DNA of 64,000 nucleotides from Escherichia coli (GTDB lineage Bacteria; Pseudomonadota; Gammaproteobacteria; Enterobacterales; Enterobacteriaceae): NCBI RefSeq assembly GCF_002854065.1, contig NZ_CP024147.1; one strand, 5' to 3'. Shown piece by piece: positions 63,778 to 64,000 of this stretch (position 1 is its first letter; each line of letters starts with the position of its first letter). The notes under the pieces were generated by a model. It saw only the letters and a program-made list of their open reading frames with translations, ran no database searches and was not told where the DNA came from. The position numbers and the translations under genes were made by a program.

Positions 63778-64000
63778 ATGATTCGCTTATCTGAACAAAG
63801 TCCCCTGGGCACCGGAAGACATCGGAAATGTTATGCGCATCCGGAAGATGCCCAACGCTGTATCAAGATTGTCTACCATCGTGGCGATGGTGGCGATAAA
63901 GAGATCCGTCGTGAGTTAAAGTACTACGCGCATCTTGGTCGCCGGTTAAAAGACTGGAGTGGAATACCGCGCTATCACGGTACCGTTGAGACGGATTGCG
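63778..64000 (+). CDS. yrbL: YrbL (PhoP regulon protein), 3' end outside window
   Basis: ATG at 63778 after SD aggaga; reads MIRLSEQSPLGTGRHRKCYAHPEDAQRCIKIVYHRGDGGDKEIRREL... to the window edge. Confidence 0.88.
   Translation, partial: MIRLSEQSPLGTGRHRKCYAHPEDAQRCIKIVYHRGDGGDKEIRRELKYYAHLGRRLKDWSGIPRYHGTVETDC

Overview
This 64-kb window is a chromosomal segment of Escherichia coli (or a very close Escherichia/Shigella relative), colinear with the K-12 map from the aga (N-acetylgalactosamine) cluster to yrbL. It runs through rsmI-lpoA-yraN-diaA-dolP, the yhb/ubiTUV genes, mtr, deaD, nlpI, the pnp-rpsO-truB-rbfA-infB-nusA-rimP-metY superoperon, argG, yhbX, leuU-secG, glmM-folP-ftsH-rlmE, yhbY, greA, dacB, obgE-yhbE, rpmA-rplU, ispB, sfsB, murA, ibaG-mlaBCDEF, yrbG and kdsD-kdsC-lptCAB-rpoN-hpf-ptsN-rapZ-npr. 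Almost every gene is an intact core gene whose length matches the K-12 protein; gene names and start trimming rest on recognition of these proteins, not on a database search. Three departures stand out. (1) A complete IS1 element (768 bp, insA/insB) with a perfect 9-bp target duplication splits agaC. (2) agaA carries an in-frame TAG. (3) A compact ~0.85-kb two-gene cassette between agaI and rsmI encodes a Gp49/HigB-like toxin homolog followed by an XRE-type HTH antitoxin-like protein, at the position where K-12 carries the yraHIJK fimbrial operon. This cassette is the best candidate for an accessory system here, but it belongs to a known toxin-antitoxin type and is not demonstrably novel. Also annotated: tRNA genes metY and leuU, REP/BIME repeats, intrinsic terminators and several operator-like sites. 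No CRISPR array, prophage, integrase or rRNA was found.
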